Shown here in pieces: positions 38,876 through 52,239 of a DNA stretch of 64,000 bases. Position numbers and translations under genes: made by a program. Origin of the DNA: Octopus sinensis (taxonomy: Eukaryota); assembly GCF_006345805.1 (NCBI RefSeq), contig NC_043018.1:62001-126000 (forward strand), read 5' to 3'. Positions within the stretch are counted from its first letter, which is position 1. Each line of letters starts with the position of its first letter. The notes under the pieces were generated by a model. It made no database searches. It was not told the DNA's origin and was given only the letters and a program-made list of their open reading frames with translations.

Positions 38876-40869
38876 CTGATACTACCACCACCATCGCCAC
38901 CAAACCAGTATTTATTGGATCGACAATTTCCACTACTGCACCTTCAAAAACTATTCCTGTTAACAAAGCTACAACAGCAACAACAAGAAGAGTTCCGCCT
39001 AAGTAGAGAATCTGTTAAGTCTTAGGCAGCAGAGATGCTCCCCTCCGCCGCCCGCATACACAAAAAAAATAACAGTCAATCCTCTGTATCTATTAAGATA
39101 ATGTTTTGATCCAATAAAAGCTAACGACATTCTTTTATGTTTATCACTTTCTAAGTACATGTAATTCATTTTTCTTTCCTTTCTTTCTCTCTCTCTTTCC
39201 ATCTCTCTCTGTCTATCTTTCTTTCAATTAATCCTTGTAAAGGATTAAATGAAGGAGACGCAATGAGGAAAGTAAAAAATCCGATAATACTACAGTATTA
39301 ATTGTTTAACACAGTGTTTCTAATCAGGGCTTTACAACTCTATTGATTTGGCGGTTGGATAGTTGAACTGATACGCATCTTTCTAATTTTTCCTTTTCAA
39401 CTTTTCTACGCTGTTTTTCACATAACTACTGTGTTCAGAAATGTTCATAGCCGCCATTTTACAAAAATATCTGGCCGTAATAACAGGCATTGTAATCCGT
39501 AAGCATATGATTACGTTAACGAAAACAAAATAAACTTCCATATACCACATCTTGGTGGTTTGATATGCTAGAATCAGAAACAAAATTATTGTTCCAGGGA
39601 GAGAGAAACCGTCGAATGAATCCGGAACCGAATCAGTTGGAAATTGGTAATGGTACGCTGTATCTTTGAGAAAAGTTTGTAGTGAGAATAACAAATTTAC
39701 GGGTGATTAACCTCGTTACTTTAGATAAAGTATTAAATAATTAAAATTGCAACTTTCATATTTTCGATAATGTATGGTGTAATATGTGCCGCGTTTACAA
39801 CGGAGAATATTGCAGTGGGGGATATATATGTAACTATACAAAAATATAAATACGCATTCCAGAGCACGATTAAAAGTTCATAGGCTGAAGATCAAAATGT
39901 AATGCTACAATTGTGAAACATTGCATTCATTAATTTCAACCCTTCTTATCATAGAGGCTTTCTTTGTTATCCTGTAAACTGACATCTAAATGTTCAAAGA
40001 TTCAAATGTAACTTGTAGCCACTCCTCTTGAAAATGGACAAAATGTAGCGTCGTGGTTAAGAATTTAGCTTTGCAACCATTTTGTTTCTGGTTCAATTCC
40101 TCTTAGTGGTATATATGCTAAGTTGGCAGTGTGCAATTGAATCCAAGACCTTGAAGTTGGAAGACAAGGTTTTTGCCCACACACTTTCACCTGCATCTAT
40201 GTTGTTTATTGTAGCATATCATATAATCATTATTGAATGTATCACTCAAAATTATGCTGGTCAACTTTGCCTTTCATTCTTTCGGGGTCGATAAAATAAG
40301 TACCAGTTAAGTACTGAGGTCCATGTAATCAACTTGCCTCCTCACCCGAAATTGCTGGCCTTGTGCAAAAAATTCGAAATCATTATTAAATTTATTATTT
40401 ATAAAGAATTTTGCTATACGCTGGCTATCAATAAAGTATATATTTGTTTAATTGCCTTTTTATTATTTACAAACTGTGTGTCTACGCTTCTACATTATAC
40501 ATTCAGCTGCTAGTTATGTCCTATTTATTATTTGCTCAAAACCATTTCAGCTACGATTTACATACCTAAAACTGTCGTTATTATTCCGGTAATTCTTATC
40601 ACAGACTTAGAATTTCTCAAGTTTTCGTGTTTTATTGTACACAGAGAAAATCACTTGAGTCGGATTAAAATGTAGATATATAGACAAACGTATATCCATA
40701 CATGCATACATGTATATTTATGTATATTAATATTTATGTTTATATCTAGTTCTTACAAAATCAATTTAGCATCGGACTGAAGTGTTATTCAATCTCTCTC
40801 TCTCTGTCACGCACACTTTCTCTCTCTTTCTCTCTCTTTCTCTGTATATATCTATGCATACACACACAT

Positions 40870-41072
40870 ACATATATGTATGCATGTATGTATGTATGTA
40901 TGTATGTATGTATGTATGTATGTATGTATGTATTTATGTATGTATGTATGTATCTATGTATTTATGTATGTATGTATGTATGTAGGTAGGTAGGTAGGTA
41001 GGAAGGTAGGTAGGTAGGTAGGTAGGTAGGTAGGTAGGTAGGTAGGTAGGTAGGTAGGTAGGTAGGTAGGTA
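40870..41072. repeat. (TATG)n-(TAGG)n microsatellite
   Basis: Direct runs. Confidence 0.95.
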
Positions 41073-41728
41073 GATATTATGTATGTAAGTCGTTTTCGTA
41101 ATTCGTTTGCCATGTGTTTATAAGTCGTGGACAGGTGGAATCGTTCTCTTCCGATTCTGTAATGTTGGCAAGCCACAAAAATGGCTAAACATCAATGTCC
41201 ATTACTCCTAGATGGGATTGACGATGACCCTGAGGTGTTTCGACACCCTGCACATTGAAAGAGTATAGGCTCCATCACTCTAATAGCAGCCAGCTGGCAA
41301 ATACGTGAAACATATACGCTAAGTATATGTGGCTACTAATATTTTTTTTATACTACTTGTGCTTCTATTTCATATCTAAATACATACATACATACACACA
41401 CACATATGGTCCCTAACGACGAAGAGCAATAGGGAATTAGCCAATTGTTTTCAAGTTGTGGATTCTATTTGCCATGTCGCCCGAGGACAATTTTTATCGT
41501 GAGGAGAAATGAAGTTAATAATGGCTTTATAGCGGTATTGGCTGCCATTTTAAACATGTAAGGATTTTTTACTCCTCTTACTTATAATTGTGACTTGTTC
41601 ATAATTATAAACGTTTTTCTTCTTCATATTTTACGAAAGCATGTTTGTCCACTGATATATTTATAAATAATCTTAATTATTTATAATATGTCTTTCATAA
41701 TGTTTTTACTTACTCTTTACTTATATAA

Positions 41729-41789
<61 letters not shown>

Positions 41790-41987
41790 GATTAATTAGA
41801 GACAAAACCACTATTATGCAAATCAACAAAGAAATACTTTTTTATGTATTGGATTAAGTCTTTCTTTGTTTGATTTGCATAATAGTGGTTTTGTCTCTAT
41901 TTGATATTATATAATATTTTACTATAAAATTGGATTCAATCCTAAATCTGAGTTTTCCCTGTAAATTTGGATTTATTCCCTAATATT

Positions 41988-41992
<5 letters not shown>
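41790..41992. mobile_element. Fold-back insert in (TA)n (hairpin plus ~90-nt tail)
   Basis: Arms tagagacaaaaccactattatgcaaatcaa / ttgatttgcataatagtggttttgtctcta. Confidence 0.7.
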
Positions 41993-42027
<35 letters not shown>

Positions 42028-42033
<6 letters not shown>

Positions 42034-42535
42034 TGGTATCAAAGAGTAATCTTAAATATTAGAATTCCATTACCAGTGGCCTAGTCAATAGACTATATAT
42101 TATTTTATAAATACAGTGTACATTTAAACACATAAGAGGTATCCATCATAGAACTACCTGCACTCTAGAGAGGACAGTTAAATTCCAAACCACTGTTAAT
42201 GATAAAATTTCGAAAGGAATGAAAAATAAAAACATTTACCCTCTAACTCCTGGACCAATCGTTTCAGACTTTTTTAGCAAATAAAATAATTTTCTAGGCG
42301 AAGCTTTCTTCAGCAGGTACACCTTAGATTAAATATATATACACGAAGCAATCCAGTATATGCCCCGTGCTTATACATTTTAAATTTTCAAAATCTACCG
42401 CTCAAGCGCAGCTCCTTGTCGGCAGTAAATGAACAAACCGGCTTTTTCATTTCGAAAATTATCCAAGAATTATCCTCTCTGGCGTGCAGGTAGTACTATG
42501 ATGGATACCTCTTATGTGTTTAAATGTACATTATA
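42028..42535 (-). mobile_element. Fold-back Penelope-type insert with internal hammerhead
   Basis: Inverted arms ~42117-42175 and ~42473-42531, extending imperfectly inward; ~90-nt tail with accagtggcctag like 8988 and 33850. Confidence 0.75.
42243..42328 (-). ncRNA. Type I hammerhead ribozyme
   Basis: CCTG-CTGAAGA-aagctt...aagtct-GAAAC-GATTG-GTC-CAGG; stem I CCTG/CAGG plus CTAA/TTAG after an internal loop; stem II imperfect. Confidence 0.7.
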
Positions 42536-42772
42536 TATATTTATATCTAAGTATTTGTGTGTATCTGTTTTAATTATCTAAATTCCTCTTCTGAGGTAGT
42601 AGCTGGTTCCTATCAAACGTACAGAGCTCTGCGGTTTGAATAATATAGAGAGCAAATACAATGTCCAATTCTAGACTTGGGAAAATTCTTGCATATTTTT
42701 ACTGTTCCACTTACACATTGTATTTCTAATGTGCTCATAAACTAGCTGATTACTTTTTTGTGAAAATCCTGG

Positions 42773-42811
<39 letters not shown>

Positions 42812-43030
42812 TTTGTATATACGATATCATATATCATATGCCCTTATTCGCCGATATATTCCAAATGCCTTTATGTTTTAGGTATGAGTGTAATTCTTTA
42901 CACCATTACTCTAAGCATGAATTAGTTCCATTTCCATCCAGTTCTTTCTGAAAATTACCACAGCGAAAAGGTATTTTGGGTCTATTTGCGAATTGTTTAT
43001 ATATAATACGAATCTATACATCCATGCACA

Positions 43031-43098
43031 CATACATACATGCAAGAACAACACGTATGCTTTCATATGAGTGTGCATACATATATACATAGACATAT

Positions 43099-43146
<48 letters not shown>

Positions 43147-43212
43147 ATATATGTCTATGTATATATGTATACACTCTCATATGAAAGCATACGTGTTGTT
43201 CTTGCATCTATG

Positions 43213-43216
<4 letters not shown>
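43031..43216. repeat. ~186-bp palindrome centred on (AT)n
   Basis: catacatacatgcaagaacaacacgtatgctttcatatgag / ctcatatgaaagcatacgtgttgttcttgcatctatgtatg. Confidence 0.9.
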
Positions 43217-43247
<31 letters not shown>

Positions 43248-44028
43248 CGCATGTGTGAGCTTGATATGCATATAGTTACACACACACATACACACGCACT
43301 CACAGACATATACACATACATATATATGCATATCTACTTGAATGCCTAACCACACACATATATATATAATATATATATATACGCACTCGCAGGCACACAC
43401 ATGCGCGCACGCACACACACACACTCACACAAACAAACGCGCACAAGGTGAGAACTAAAGTGAAGTAGGATAGAGAAACAGACGATAGCTATAAGATAAA
43501 TATTTTATCTATTTCTCGTCATTATTTCTTTTGTTATTGTCCTTTCCCGTTCTAGCTTCTTAAACTTGCCTGGTTTAAGGTAATAATATTTTCTGGATAA
43601 TTATAGTCAAAAGCTATTTCCCAGTAAGCGTGTCTCTTCTTCGGCTTTCCACACAGTTCCATCTCTCTCCATTTCTCCATTTCTCTCCAAACCCTGTCTT
43701 ATCAATCTTTCTCTCCTCTCATGCTTCCTTTCTGATTGATCCGTTTCATACTACTGGAAAAACATAATAATGATTGATAGAAACTTGCCCCTGTGTCTAT
43801 TCGAGTTTATACATATATCTATTCATTATGTATTATCTTATATTATGGATATTTTTGCTTAGTTTTGTTTCAGGCAATACAAAGATAATTACATTGTTTA
43901 TTTCTGCAAATATACAGAACATACTGTTCAACTGTGATTTTCTCCGCGAGAGAAGAAAAATTTTAGAAGCTTACGTGATCTCACGTTTATTTTTCTCTCA
44001 TTCTCTCCATTTCTCTCTCTCTCTCTCC

Positions 44029-44084
<56 letters not shown>

Positions 44085-44448
44085 CAATAATTATGTGACC
44101 TCTTTCTTACAAAATTAGAGGTACATTCTGTCACGTTCACAATCAGGTATTTGGTTATGAGACGAAAAACTTTCACAAAAGTAATTGAATGGATTTATCA
44201 CAAACCATGATATAGATGGATAGATAGCTAGATACACAAACACCTACATTTATATATACCCGCATATATAATATATATATATATATAATGTTATGTTATA
44301 TTGTATTATTTTACATTATATTTCACACAAATCCTAAGATATATTTGTTTATAAGCGCAGAAATGTAAATGTGTATTTAATTTATTTAGAGACTATTATT
44401 TTAAATGTATATATAATATATAAATATATAAATATATAAATATATATA

Positions 44449-44511
<63 letters not shown>

Positions 44512-46249
44512 ATCTATATATATATATATATATTATATATATACGTGTGAGTGTGTATATTTGTGTATGTATGTTTATATTTATATTATATGTGTATGCA
44601 TGCACACGTATAAACACATATTTACTGGTATATTATTGTATACAAATATAAAGTTCTTGATATCCTCCAGTTTTTTTCGTGTTTTTCGGTACAAGAGAAG
44701 GTAAAATCCAGAGAATCCCCTTTGTCAGTATGAATAAAATTAAAATTTTATGAACCATTGTGTGTTGCTCAGCGTTTAATAGGAATCCACAAAAGTTGGG
44801 ACCCTAAGAATTCTAACCCAATTCCCTTTGATATTTCAAACAAATAACAGTACGGATTTTGCAGTGTCACAAACTTCTACTCTTTTGTTTCTCGTTAGTA
44901 GATTTGATATGATGGTAATTTCTTCAATAGCCTTAACATATATTCTGGCATTTTTAGAGTATTTTTACGTAATGCCTGTACAGTTTCATGTTTAGAAGTG
45001 CCTTTGAAAGTATTATCCTTCGGCTTGTAGAATCATCGTAATAAATTTGTCGTGGACGCCATCTCTGGAACTAAGGGGCGTTTCTGCCTCGGTGAATACC
45101 CTCTTAAAGTTGAACGCTGTTGGGCTATTGTATTTTCACTTGCGTTATAGTCGTTCTGTATTTCTTCAACATAATAAGACATGATGCACAGAACGGAAGT
45201 TCTCGGAGAATTTGTAATCGACAATTAGATGGCGGGTTAGTAGTCATGAGGTTGAGACTGTCTGTTTAACTGATTTCGTTTCTGTGTTGAGAAATGTTGG
45301 TAATGTCACTCAAGATACGATATCTTGTTTGCATTAGTTTGCTATACGAGTGCATTTTATGTTCGCAGGCCTGTAAAGAGTTCAACTTTATATTATAACG
45401 ATAAGCAAGTTCTATCTATCTATCTATCTATATTAGCTTCTTATTTTCATACAATACAATGAATTAAACCGTAATATATTTATTCTTTAATCTTCTATTT
45501 TTGTGGAAGGTTAAAAATTCAGAGAGGCAAAGTGATGCAAGTGTGAAGCAGCTATCAATATCTATAAAGCGGAAAAGCGAAAAGTTGTTTGATTTCTTGG
45601 TTATTTGTCTCATTTGGGATGGGGTCGGATTGGCGCTAAAATTTACCCTGTGGGGTACAGTGGGGTGGGCAATGGCGTGAGGATGGTTGCAAGTCCCTTG
45701 GGGTTACCGTTTGGTTGCCATGGTGAGGAATATAGGAAAAATTGAGTTTTATGGGATAGACAGGTTGCGCTGTTTGAATAATGATGGCTTTTCGTTTTAC
45801 TGCAGGGGCTGGAGACGGTTATCTTTAATTGTGGGTGTAAAAATTTGGGGGATTTTGGAAGGGAGGTAAAGAAGAGGGCAATAAAAAGAACCAGGCAAAG
45901 AAGACGAACAAAAGAAGAAAGGGAAAATGTGACAACACGCACAAAACACCACCACCACCAAAACCCGAGCGAAGCATGGGTCCAAATAGCTAGTCTTACT
46001 ATAAAATCTGGAAGCATCATACAAGTGTATAGATATCTGTATAAAACCTCACAGTCTTAAATGACTTGCGGCCCTTATGATCTGCAAAAGAAATTATTAT
46101 TTTTGTTAGCTTCAAGTCATCAAGCTAGTAAATTCGTAAGTGCGGCGAACAATTGCTTGCCTTTATTGCTTGCGACTGATTACGTATATCATCAACGTCG
46201 TCGTCGTCGTCGTCATCATCATCATCTTTATCACCATCATCGTCATTAT

Positions 46250-46900
46250 CATCATCATTTAACGTCTGTTTTCCATGCTCCCATGAGTTGGACTGCTTGA
46301 TGAGAACTGGCAAGATGAGGGGCCGCATCAGGTTCCATAGCATATTTTGACTTGGTTACTACGGGTGAAAGTTCTCCATCTCGCCAACTACTTTACACAG
46401 TGTGCTGGGTACATTTTACATTGCACCATCTCTATTGCTTTTTACGTGGAACCATAACCAATACTTTTTTACTGGCACCAGCACCAGCACCAGCTCTTTT
46501 TCCGTGGAACCAGCATACACACCAATGAATTATTGCGTGGCATCTTCATCTTGGGATCTCAATTTTGTTGTGGTGGGCGGGTCTTTTACGTACCACAATA
46601 CACCACGTATCTCGGCTTTCCTTTGTCTTCACAAGGCTCAGCGTTTTCACATCATCCTTCAATATTTAGCCCCATATCTCTCTTGGTCACCCTCTTCCGC
46701 ACTTTCCCCCGCTATCAATAATTGGCACTTCTCTATACAACTGCTCTCATTCATCACATCATCATCATCATCATCATCACATGCTCAAAGCAGCGCGTTC
46801 TCTTCTCTTCAACCCTGCATTTAATTCCTTTTATGCCCAACTTCTGTCTCAATACACCAGTGCTTTGTCGCACATTCACAGAGCATGCCAGTTCCGTTCC
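46250..46900 (-). mobile_element. RTE-clade LINE 3' fragment with (GAT)n tail
   Basis: STGVLRQKLGIKGIKCRVEEKRTRCFEHVM...DESSCIEKC is a decayed RRLRWYGHV-RMDE motif; 3' end catggaaaacagacgttaaa(tga)n. Confidence 0.7.
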
Positions 46901-46952
46901 CTTCCAATCTTCCTGCCCTCTGCGTCCGGGACCCACGTCTCACTAGCATTCA

Positions 46953-47341
46953 GTGTGGAAGCACTCCATCGGTTACGACGATGAGGGCTCCGGTTGATCC
47001 GAACCAACGGAACTGCCTGCTCGTGAAATTAACGTGTAAGTGGCTGAGCACACCACAGACACGTGCACCCTTAACGTAGTTCTCGGGGATATTCAGTGTG
47101 ACACAGAGAGTGACAGGGCCGGCCCCTTGAAATACAGGTACAACAGAAACAGAAAGTAAGAGTGAGAGAAAGTTGTGATGAAAGAGTATAGCAGGGATCA
47201 CCACCATCCCTGCCGGAGCGTCGTGGAGCTTTTAGGTGTTTTCGCTCAATAAACACTCACAACGCCCGGTCTGGGAATCGAAACCGCGATCCTATGACCG
47301 CGAGTCCGCTGCCCTAACCACTGGGCCATTGCGCCTCCACT
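46953..47341 (-). mobile_element. SINE family B, full length
   Basis: Reverse complement of 29349-29731; TSD ctagcattca at 46943-46952 and 47342-47351. Confidence 0.93.
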
Positions 47342-47460
47342 CTAGCATTCAACATAGCAGTTCGTATACATGGATCATACAATCTTCCTTTTTATTCGAA
47401 GCGCCGAGGTCAGGAATAAAATAAAGTGCGAGTAGCGAGAACGATGGTATTGACTGACTT

Positions 47461-47695
47461 AAGGCGGCGAGCTGGCAAAAACGTTAGCACGCCGGGCGAA
47501 GTGCTTAGCGGCATTTCGTCTGCGTTACGTTGTGAGTTCAAATTCCGCCGAGGTCGACTTTGCCTTTCATCCTTTCGGGGTCGATAATTTAAGTACCAGT
47601 TACGCACTGGGGTCGATGTAATCGACTTAATACCTATGTCTGTCCTTGTTTGTCCCCTCTGTGTTTAGCCCCTTGTGGGTAATAAAGAAATAGGC
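47461..47695 (+). mobile_element. SINE family D, full length
   Basis: aaggcggcgagctggc...gagttcaaattcc B box; gactttgcctttcatcctttcggggtcgataa core; TSD attgactgac. Confidence 0.92.
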
Positions 47696-47909
47696 ATTGA
47701 CTGACCTCACTCAACATAAAATTGCTGGCATTGTGCCAAAACTTGAAACTAATGACGTTGTGTTTGGTGTTGTTGCATTTGTTTCTATTGATGTTCGTTT
47801 TCTTTTCGCTTTTCTTCGGAATTATTCTCACTCGCGAATTTATTACAAATAAGAGTCTCATTCCAGACAATTACTGTCATTGCTCTCATTTTGCTGAACT
47901 CCGAATGTT

Positions 47910-48023
47910 TTATTGCTGCTGCTACTACTGCCGCTGTTACTGCCGCTGCTGCTGCTGTTACTGCTTTTGCTCATGATGCCGAGGAGTAAGAGGGGGGAGA
48001 AGAAAGAGGAGGCGGACGAGGAT

Positions 48024-48056
<33 letters not shown>

Positions 48057-48106
48057 GATGATGACGATGATGATGATGGTGATGATGATGATGATGATGA
48101 TGATGA

Positions 48107-48160
<54 letters not shown>

Positions 48161-48331
48161 GTGATGGCAAGGATGATGATGATGATGGTGATGGCAAGGA
48201 TGATGATGGCAACGCTGATGATGGTCGATGCGGCGGTGTTGATGATGCTGGTGGTAATGATGGTTATGATGCTGACGAGATGATTATAATGACGATACTG
48301 GAGATGATGATGATGCTGCTGCTGCTGCTTC

Positions 48332-48366
<35 letters not shown>

Positions 48367-48440
48367 CTACTGATGATGATGATGATGATGATCATCATCA
48401 TCATCATCGTTATCATCATCATCGTAATCATCATCACCAT
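47910..48440. repeat. (GCT)n/(GAT)n/(CAT)n triplet tract
   Basis: Direct runs; poly-D/M ORFs are artefacts. Confidence 0.93.
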
Positions 48441-48971
48441 GATATTAACGGTGATGCTGTGGCTGTGTCGATGCTGCTTGTTGCGAATTCTTTCTCTTGT
48501 CTGTTCATTATCCGTTAATCATCGAGTAACGTTGTTTTTTTTTCTCTATATAAATACGGCTTTAAAAGATAGCAGGTGCTTAGAGAGTTGCGATATATTC
48601 ATTCTATGTTACAGCTGATAGCGGTAGTTGCGTGGATGGTGGCGGCGGCTGCGGGTGTCTTTGTTGCTGATTTTAGTGGTGATGGTAATTGTGGTGGTGG
48701 TGGTGGTAGTTGAGTAAGAGTGGGTTTTGGAAGTAGTTGTTGCGATATAGTGATGCACACTCACGTAAACACATAGAGCACACATATATATGTATGTGCG
48801 ACTGTGTTTATTATATTCGCGTTACGTAGGCATATAAGAAAGCAACTCTATGTCGCATGAATTGAACTGCGTGCTACATGACATTGTGTGACATATATAT
48901 ATATATATATATATTTATATATGTATGTATATATAATACACAAATACATATATATATATATACATACACAG

Positions 48972-49046
<75 letters not shown>

Positions 49047-49117
49047 CACAAATGCATATATATAGATATATATACGTATATGTGCATGTATATATCCATG
49101 TATATGTATATATATAA

Positions 49118-49320
49118 CGGGAAGATTTATGAAAATAGACAAAAGACGAAGGCAGGTGGAAAACAAACAAACAATTGTATTAGTATGGCGCTCAGGAAAT
49201 ATAAATAAAACAAGTTTTTAACGTTTCGAGCCTACGCTCTTCAACAGAAAGATACACAGAGAGAAAAGAAACACAGAAAGAAGGAGAGAAAAAAAATGCG
49301 TGCAGTAACTAACGAACCAA
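49118..49320 (-). mobile_element. Penelope-type pLTR fragment in (TA)n carrying a hammerhead variant
   Basis: Paralog of 34018-34214. Confidence 0.7.
49216..49251 (-). ncRNA. Minimal hammerhead variant (CUGUUGA core)
   Basis: CTTT-CTGTTGA-A-GAGC gtag GCTC-GAAAC-GTT-AAAA; stem II conserved and loop different versus 34121. Confidence 0.65.
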
Positions 49321-49328
49321 TATATATA

Positions 49329-49372
<44 letters not shown>

Positions 49373-49424
49373 TTATATGTGTACATATATGTTTGTATGT
49401 ATGCATATATTTTTATTTATCACC

Positions 49425-49475
<51 letters not shown>

Positions 49476-49479
49476 GATC

Positions 49480-49558
49480 ACCAACGTACCAATTTGTTTC
49501 ACTCGTGAATATCTACGTATATAAACTCGCAGAAATCTGCAAGATCATCAATGTAGTC
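49480..49558 (-). ncRNA. Degenerate inverted copy of the 49767 hammerhead
   Basis: ctaca-TTGATGA-tcttg...cgagt-GAAAC-AAATTG-GTA-cgttg. Confidence 0.45.
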
Positions 49559-49766
49559 TGTCGCTTGCAAAACAATTTCGAGAACTAGATACAGAACGCT
49601 CAGCCGAGGTCTAGCATGTGTAAAGTTCTACATGTTATTTGTGCGTGTAATCCTTCCAAATGCCTTCACTTTGCCACGCTTGGACCGGAAATTACTCTGC
49701 AGTTAATAAATTTGAGCAGCTTCGGTTGAGCGTTCTGTATCTAGTTCTGAAAATTGCGTTTTGTAA

Positions 49767-49856
49767 GCGACAGACTACGCTGAGGATCTTGCAGACATCT
49801 GCGTGTTTGCATACGTAGATATTAAGAAGTGAAACCATTGGTACGTAGGTGATCGT
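49767..49856 (+). ncRNA. Type I hammerhead ribozyme
   Basis: CTACG-CTGAGGA(49780-86)-tctt...aagt-GAAAC(49831-35)-CATTG-GTA-CGTAG; stem I CTACG/CGTAG plus GCGA/TCGT; stem III ACCATTGGT. Confidence 0.75.
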
Positions 49857-50011
49857 TTATATTTCGTAACTTTTCGTTTGTCTTGCTCATTTCTACATTT
49901 TGGCCTTTTGCTGAGTTTTTTTCTTGAGAACACATTCTTCGTGGTCATGGCGATTTGACGTCTATGTCTAGCATACAGGGTGTTCACTTTAGTGGTCATT
50001 CCTCTTAATTT

Positions 50012-50065
<54 letters not shown>

Positions 50066-50204
50066 AACATACACAAATGCATATGAATATATCGTGTGTG
50101 TGTGTATATATAAATGCGTACGATTATATGTACATACATATATACACATCCAGATATATGCAGAACATACATTTATAGATTTATATAACCACACACACAC
50201 ACAC

Positions 50205-50236
<32 letters not shown>

Positions 50237-50362
50237 CATATTTACTTAAACCCATACATATGTGCTTATTCACATACGTTAAATATACATATACATATAT
50301 ATATACACATATATACATACGTACGAAGACGTGTCCGTCTCTCTCTGTCCCTCTCCTCCTGC

Positions 50363-50441
<79 letters not shown>

Positions 50442-50883
50442 TGTATGCATCAATGTTTGTTTTGTGAGCGTGTATCCACATGAAAAGAACTACAAAGTAG
50501 ATTAGTTGTGATTAATTTCTTGAGATAAAGACGGATAACAAGCCAGGAAACAAACAATGTAACAATTTAACGAGTTCTTTAATGACTTTAAGAAATCATC
50601 AATAATTTCCTTCTTATGGAAGAAGGAAATTTCTAATTAAAGACCAAGTTTTACGTGTTTTTGGTCTTGTTCTTCATTTCGTTTTATACTGTAGATGGGG
50701 AGAAGGCGTGTTGTATAGGAAAATTATAAATGTTCAGTTTTGTTACATAATTTTATTGCAGTATTGTATATTTTGTTAATCGAATGTATTTTTTTTTTTT
50801 TAGTTTTATTTCTTTGTTTGTTTTTCATTTATTTCGCATTTTCTTTTCAGGCTTCTGTTTCTCTCTATTACAGGAGTCATTAA

Positions 50884-50924
50884 ATTATTTTATTTATTAT
50901 TATTATCATTATTATTATTATTAT

Positions 50925-50980
<56 letters not shown>

Positions 50981-51114
50981 TTGTTTTTGTTGTTATTATC
51001 ATCATCATCAACATCTTCATTAGCATCAACATTATCATCATCATCGTCGTCGTCATTATTATTGATTGATTGATTCTAGTTTCAGCTCATGAGCTGTGGC
51101 CATTATTATTATTA

Positions 51115-51151
<37 letters not shown>

Positions 51152-51214
51152 TATTATTATTATTATTATTATTATTATCATTATTATTATTACTATTATT
51201 ATTATTATTATTAT

Positions 51215-51283
<69 letters not shown>

Positions 51284-51329
51284 ATTATTATTACTATTAT
51301 TATTAATTATTATTATTATTATTATAATA

Positions 51330-51382
<53 letters not shown>

Positions 51383-51459
51383 TATTATTATTATTATAGT
51401 TATTATTATTATTATTGTTATTACTATTATTATTACTATTATTATTATTATTATTAGTA

Positions 51460-51496
<37 letters not shown>

Positions 51497-51518
51497 TGTA
51501 GTAGTAGTAGTAGTAGTT

Positions 51519-51590
<72 letters not shown>
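50884..51590. repeat. (TTA)n and (TAG)n triplet tracts
   Basis: Direct runs. Confidence 0.95.
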
Positions 51591-51927
51591 TCATTTGAGT
51601 CTGGAGCAGGTGCCTGCGCGTTCGGAGTTCGTACGTTTTCTTTAAAATTTGTTGGATTATTGAGCTGTTAAATAAAAAACCCGTCTTGCTACAAGCGAGG
51701 TTAGTTGCAATTGTGACAATGCGCCTTTTCAGTGAGAAATTCTTAGATTTAAAAATTGCAAATTTTATATTTCAAAAACAAAAACAAAATATGAATATGT
51801 CTTCTGAAATTGAGGCTAGCGATAGTTATTGGAATAGCCGTAATGTTTCTTGTTCCCACCACAAATTGATATGGTTGAGAAACGAAGCAAACACAGTAGC
51901 AGCGACAGTTGCCATTTTTTTTAGCAA

Positions 51928-52050
51928 AGCGTAGGAGTGGCTGTATGGTAAGTAGTTTGCTTACCAACCACATGGTTCCGGGTTCAGTCCCACTGCTTGG
52001 CACCTTGAGCAAGTGTCTTCTTCTATAGCCTAGAACCGACAGAAGCCTTG
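51928..52050 (+). mobile_element. SINE family C, 5' part
   Basis: Head and CORE-like motif. Confidence 0.8.
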
Positions 52051-52239
52051 CAAAATAACAAGCGGTGATTTTCTCTAAAATGGTAATTAGAGAGGAATCG
52101 ATTAAGTTTAGTAAGATATTGGCAATAGAAAGGAATAAAATAAATACAAACTTAGGATCTTAGATGAAGCGCTTAGGAAAGGCATCGCAACTGACGTGCT
52201 GACAGTGAGATTGACCTGGACCAATTCTTCAAAGCTAAA

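Larger units (their letters stand above)
49471..50018 (+). mobile_element. Fold-back insert in (TA)n: ~140-bp inverted arms each with a hammerhead, plus ~155-nt tail
   Basis: Arms ~49471-49608 and ~49720-49860; tail 49863-50018. Confidence 0.75.

Noticed and set aside
49471-49862. Conventional MITE interpretation
   Set aside because: Asymmetric tail and hammerhead cores in both arms fit an inverted pLTR better, though a MITE is not excluded
50820-50880. Splice acceptor-like ttttcttttcag (and donor-like caggtaagt at ~25655)
   Set aside because: No supportable exon; such motifs are common in AT-rich DNA, though the window could be intronic
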